DNA of 64,000 nucleotides from an uncultured Chloroflexia bacterium (GTDB taxonomy: Bacteria > Chloroflexota > Limnocylindria > Limnocylindrales > CSP1-4): the NCBI GenBank assembly GCA_963720755.1, contig CAVRGP010000002.1:1-64000 (forward strand), given 5' to 3'. Within the stretch, counting starts at the first letter, position 1. Every line of letters begins with the position of its first letter. The notes below the pieces were generated by a model, which saw only the letters and a program-made list of their open reading frames with translations, had not been told where the DNA came from and did no database searches. Below, piece by piece: positions 62,567-64,000 of this stretch. A program made the translations under genes and the position numbers.

Positions 62567-62711
62567 GCCTAGATCCTCAGCAGCCGCTACGGCGGCCCGG
62601 CGCCGCGTTGTCGCCTGCGCGCGCTCGCTCTCGCACCTTGGGGTGCGCTCGCTCACGTGCTCGGCTTCGCCTTGCGCGGGACCGCCGAAGCGGCTGATTC
62701 TCGGTTGCATG
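62567..62711. repeat. Palindromic insert C between atpA and atpG
   Basis: CAGCCGCTACGGCGG...CCGCCGAAGCGGCTG stem with internal GCGCTCGCTC direct repeats. Confidence 0.6.
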
Positions 62712-64000
62712 TCAGGCCAGGAAGCTCGTGCGGAAGGCGTCGACGGCCTCGTCGAGGGATGCCGCGAGCTCGTCCGACAGGGACTTCTTGTCGGCCAGCT
62801 CGGTCAGGATGTCGGGCCGCTCGGTCTCGAGGAAGCGGTAGAACTGGGTCTCGAACTCACGGACGCGCGGCGTCGGCACGTCGTCCAGTTTGCCGGTCGT
62901 GGCGACGTACAGGATGGCGACCTGCTTCTCCACGCCGAGCGGCTGGTACTGCGGCTGCTTGACGATCTCCGACAGCTTTTCGCCCCGGGTCAGCTGGTCA
63001 CGGGTCGCCTTGTCCAGGTCGGAGGCGAACTGGGCGAAGGCCGCCAGCGAGCGGTACTGGGCGAGGTCCAGCTTGAGCGGCGCCGCGACCTTCTTCATCG
63101 CCTTGGTCTGCGCGGCCGAGCCGACCCGCGAGACCGAGATGCCGATGTTGAGGGCCGGTCGCTGGCCGGCGTTGAACAGGTCCGTCTCGAGGAAGATCTG
63201 GCCGTCCGTGATCGAGATGATGTTGGTCGGGATGTAGGCCGACACGTCACCGGCCTGCGTCTCGACGATCGGCAACGCCGTGATCGAGCCGCCGCCATTC
63301 TCGTCGTTCATCCGCGCGGCGCGTTCGAGCAGCCGGCTGTGGAGGTAGAAGACGTCGCCAGGGTAGGCCTCGCGGCCGGGTGGACGGCGGAGCAGCAGCG
63401 ACATCTCGCGGTAGGCCCAGGCGTGCTTGCTCAGGTCGTCGTACACGCACAAGGCGTCGTTGACGACGCCCTGGCCGGGGACGTCCACCCCGTTCTCCAT
63501 GACTTCTTCGGCCATCGCCACGCCCGAGTACGGGGCGAGGTACTGGAGCGGGGCCGGATCCTCCGCGCCGGCGACGACGACGATCGTGTATTCCATCGCG
63601 CCGTACTGCTCCAGGACGGCGACGGTGTTGGCCACGGTCGACAGCTTCTGGCCGATCGCGACGTAGATGCACACGAGGCCCTTGCCGCGCTGGTTGATGA
63701 TCGTGTCCAGGCAGATGGCCGTCTTGCCGGTCTGGCGGTCGCCGATGATCAACTCGCGCTGCCCACGTCCGATCGGGATGAGGGCGTCGATCGCCTTGAC
63801 CCCGGTCTGGACCGGGGTATCGACCGACTTGCGGACGATGACGCCCGGGGCGATCCGCTCGACCGGGCGGGTCGCCGTCGCGGCGATCGGGCCCTTGTCG
63901 TCCAGCGGGCGTCCGAGCGGGTCCACGACCCGACCGAGCAGCGCGGCCCCGACCGGGACCTCCACCACGCGACCGGTCGTCTTGACCGTGTCACCTTCCT
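62712..64000 (-). CDS. atpA: ATP synthase F1 alpha (5-prime end outside the window)
   Basis: [48 protein letters not shown]. Confidence 0.97.
   Translation of the reverse strand, partial: EGDTVKTTGRVVEVPVGAALLGRVVDPLGRPLDDKGPIAATATRPVERIAPGVIVRKSVDTPVQTGVKAIDALIPIGRGQRELIIGDRQTGKTAICLDTIINQRGKGLVCIYVAIGQKLSTVANTVAVLEQYGAMEYTIVVVAGAEDPAPLQYLAPYSGVAMAEEVMENGVDVPGQGVVNDALCVYDDLSKHAWAYREMSLLLRRPPGREAYPGDVFYLHSRLLERAARMNDENGGGSITALPIVETQAGDVSAYIPTNIISITDGQIFLETDLFNAGQRPALNIGISVSRVGSAAQTKAMKKVAAPLKLDLAQYRSLAAFAQFASDLDKATRDQLTRGEKLSEIVKQPQYQPLGVEKQVAILYVATTGKLDDVPTPRVREFETQFYRFLETERPDILTELADKKSLSDELAASLDEAVDAFRTSFLA

Overview
High-GC bacterial window; gene content (secretin-less Tad locus, atpAGDC-murA-mreB order) suggests a monoderm, possibly Chloroflexota, lineage (inference). 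Bases 1-40 kb are a very large cell-surface glycosylation region. It has about 15 multi-TM GT-C-like proteins (8 GT87/DUF2029-like; a 16th GT-C-like gene lies at 52.4 kb), four GT2 polyprenol-phosphate-sugar synthase-like genes, a GtrA flippase, a UDP-sugar dehydrogenase/SDR/methyltransferase operon and a sulfotransferase-like gene. It also holds a CDP-3,6-dideoxyhexose pathway extended by a ThDP enzyme, an aldolase, an SDR and a DHQ-synthase-like cyclase. Bases 40-52 kb carry a DegS/DegU-like kinase-regulator-pseudokinase triad, four Flp pilins, cpaB-cpaE-tadA-tadB-tadC, comF and hpf. Bases 54-64 kb carry an HTH regulator, a flippase-like gene, a PHP hydrolase, mreB, murA (Asp-type) and atpCDGA. 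Three junctions in this last operon contain palindromic inserts that keep translational coupling or the reading frame. Many genes look leaderless. About ten genes, including essential atpD, have 1-bp frameshifts that are most likely assembly indels.
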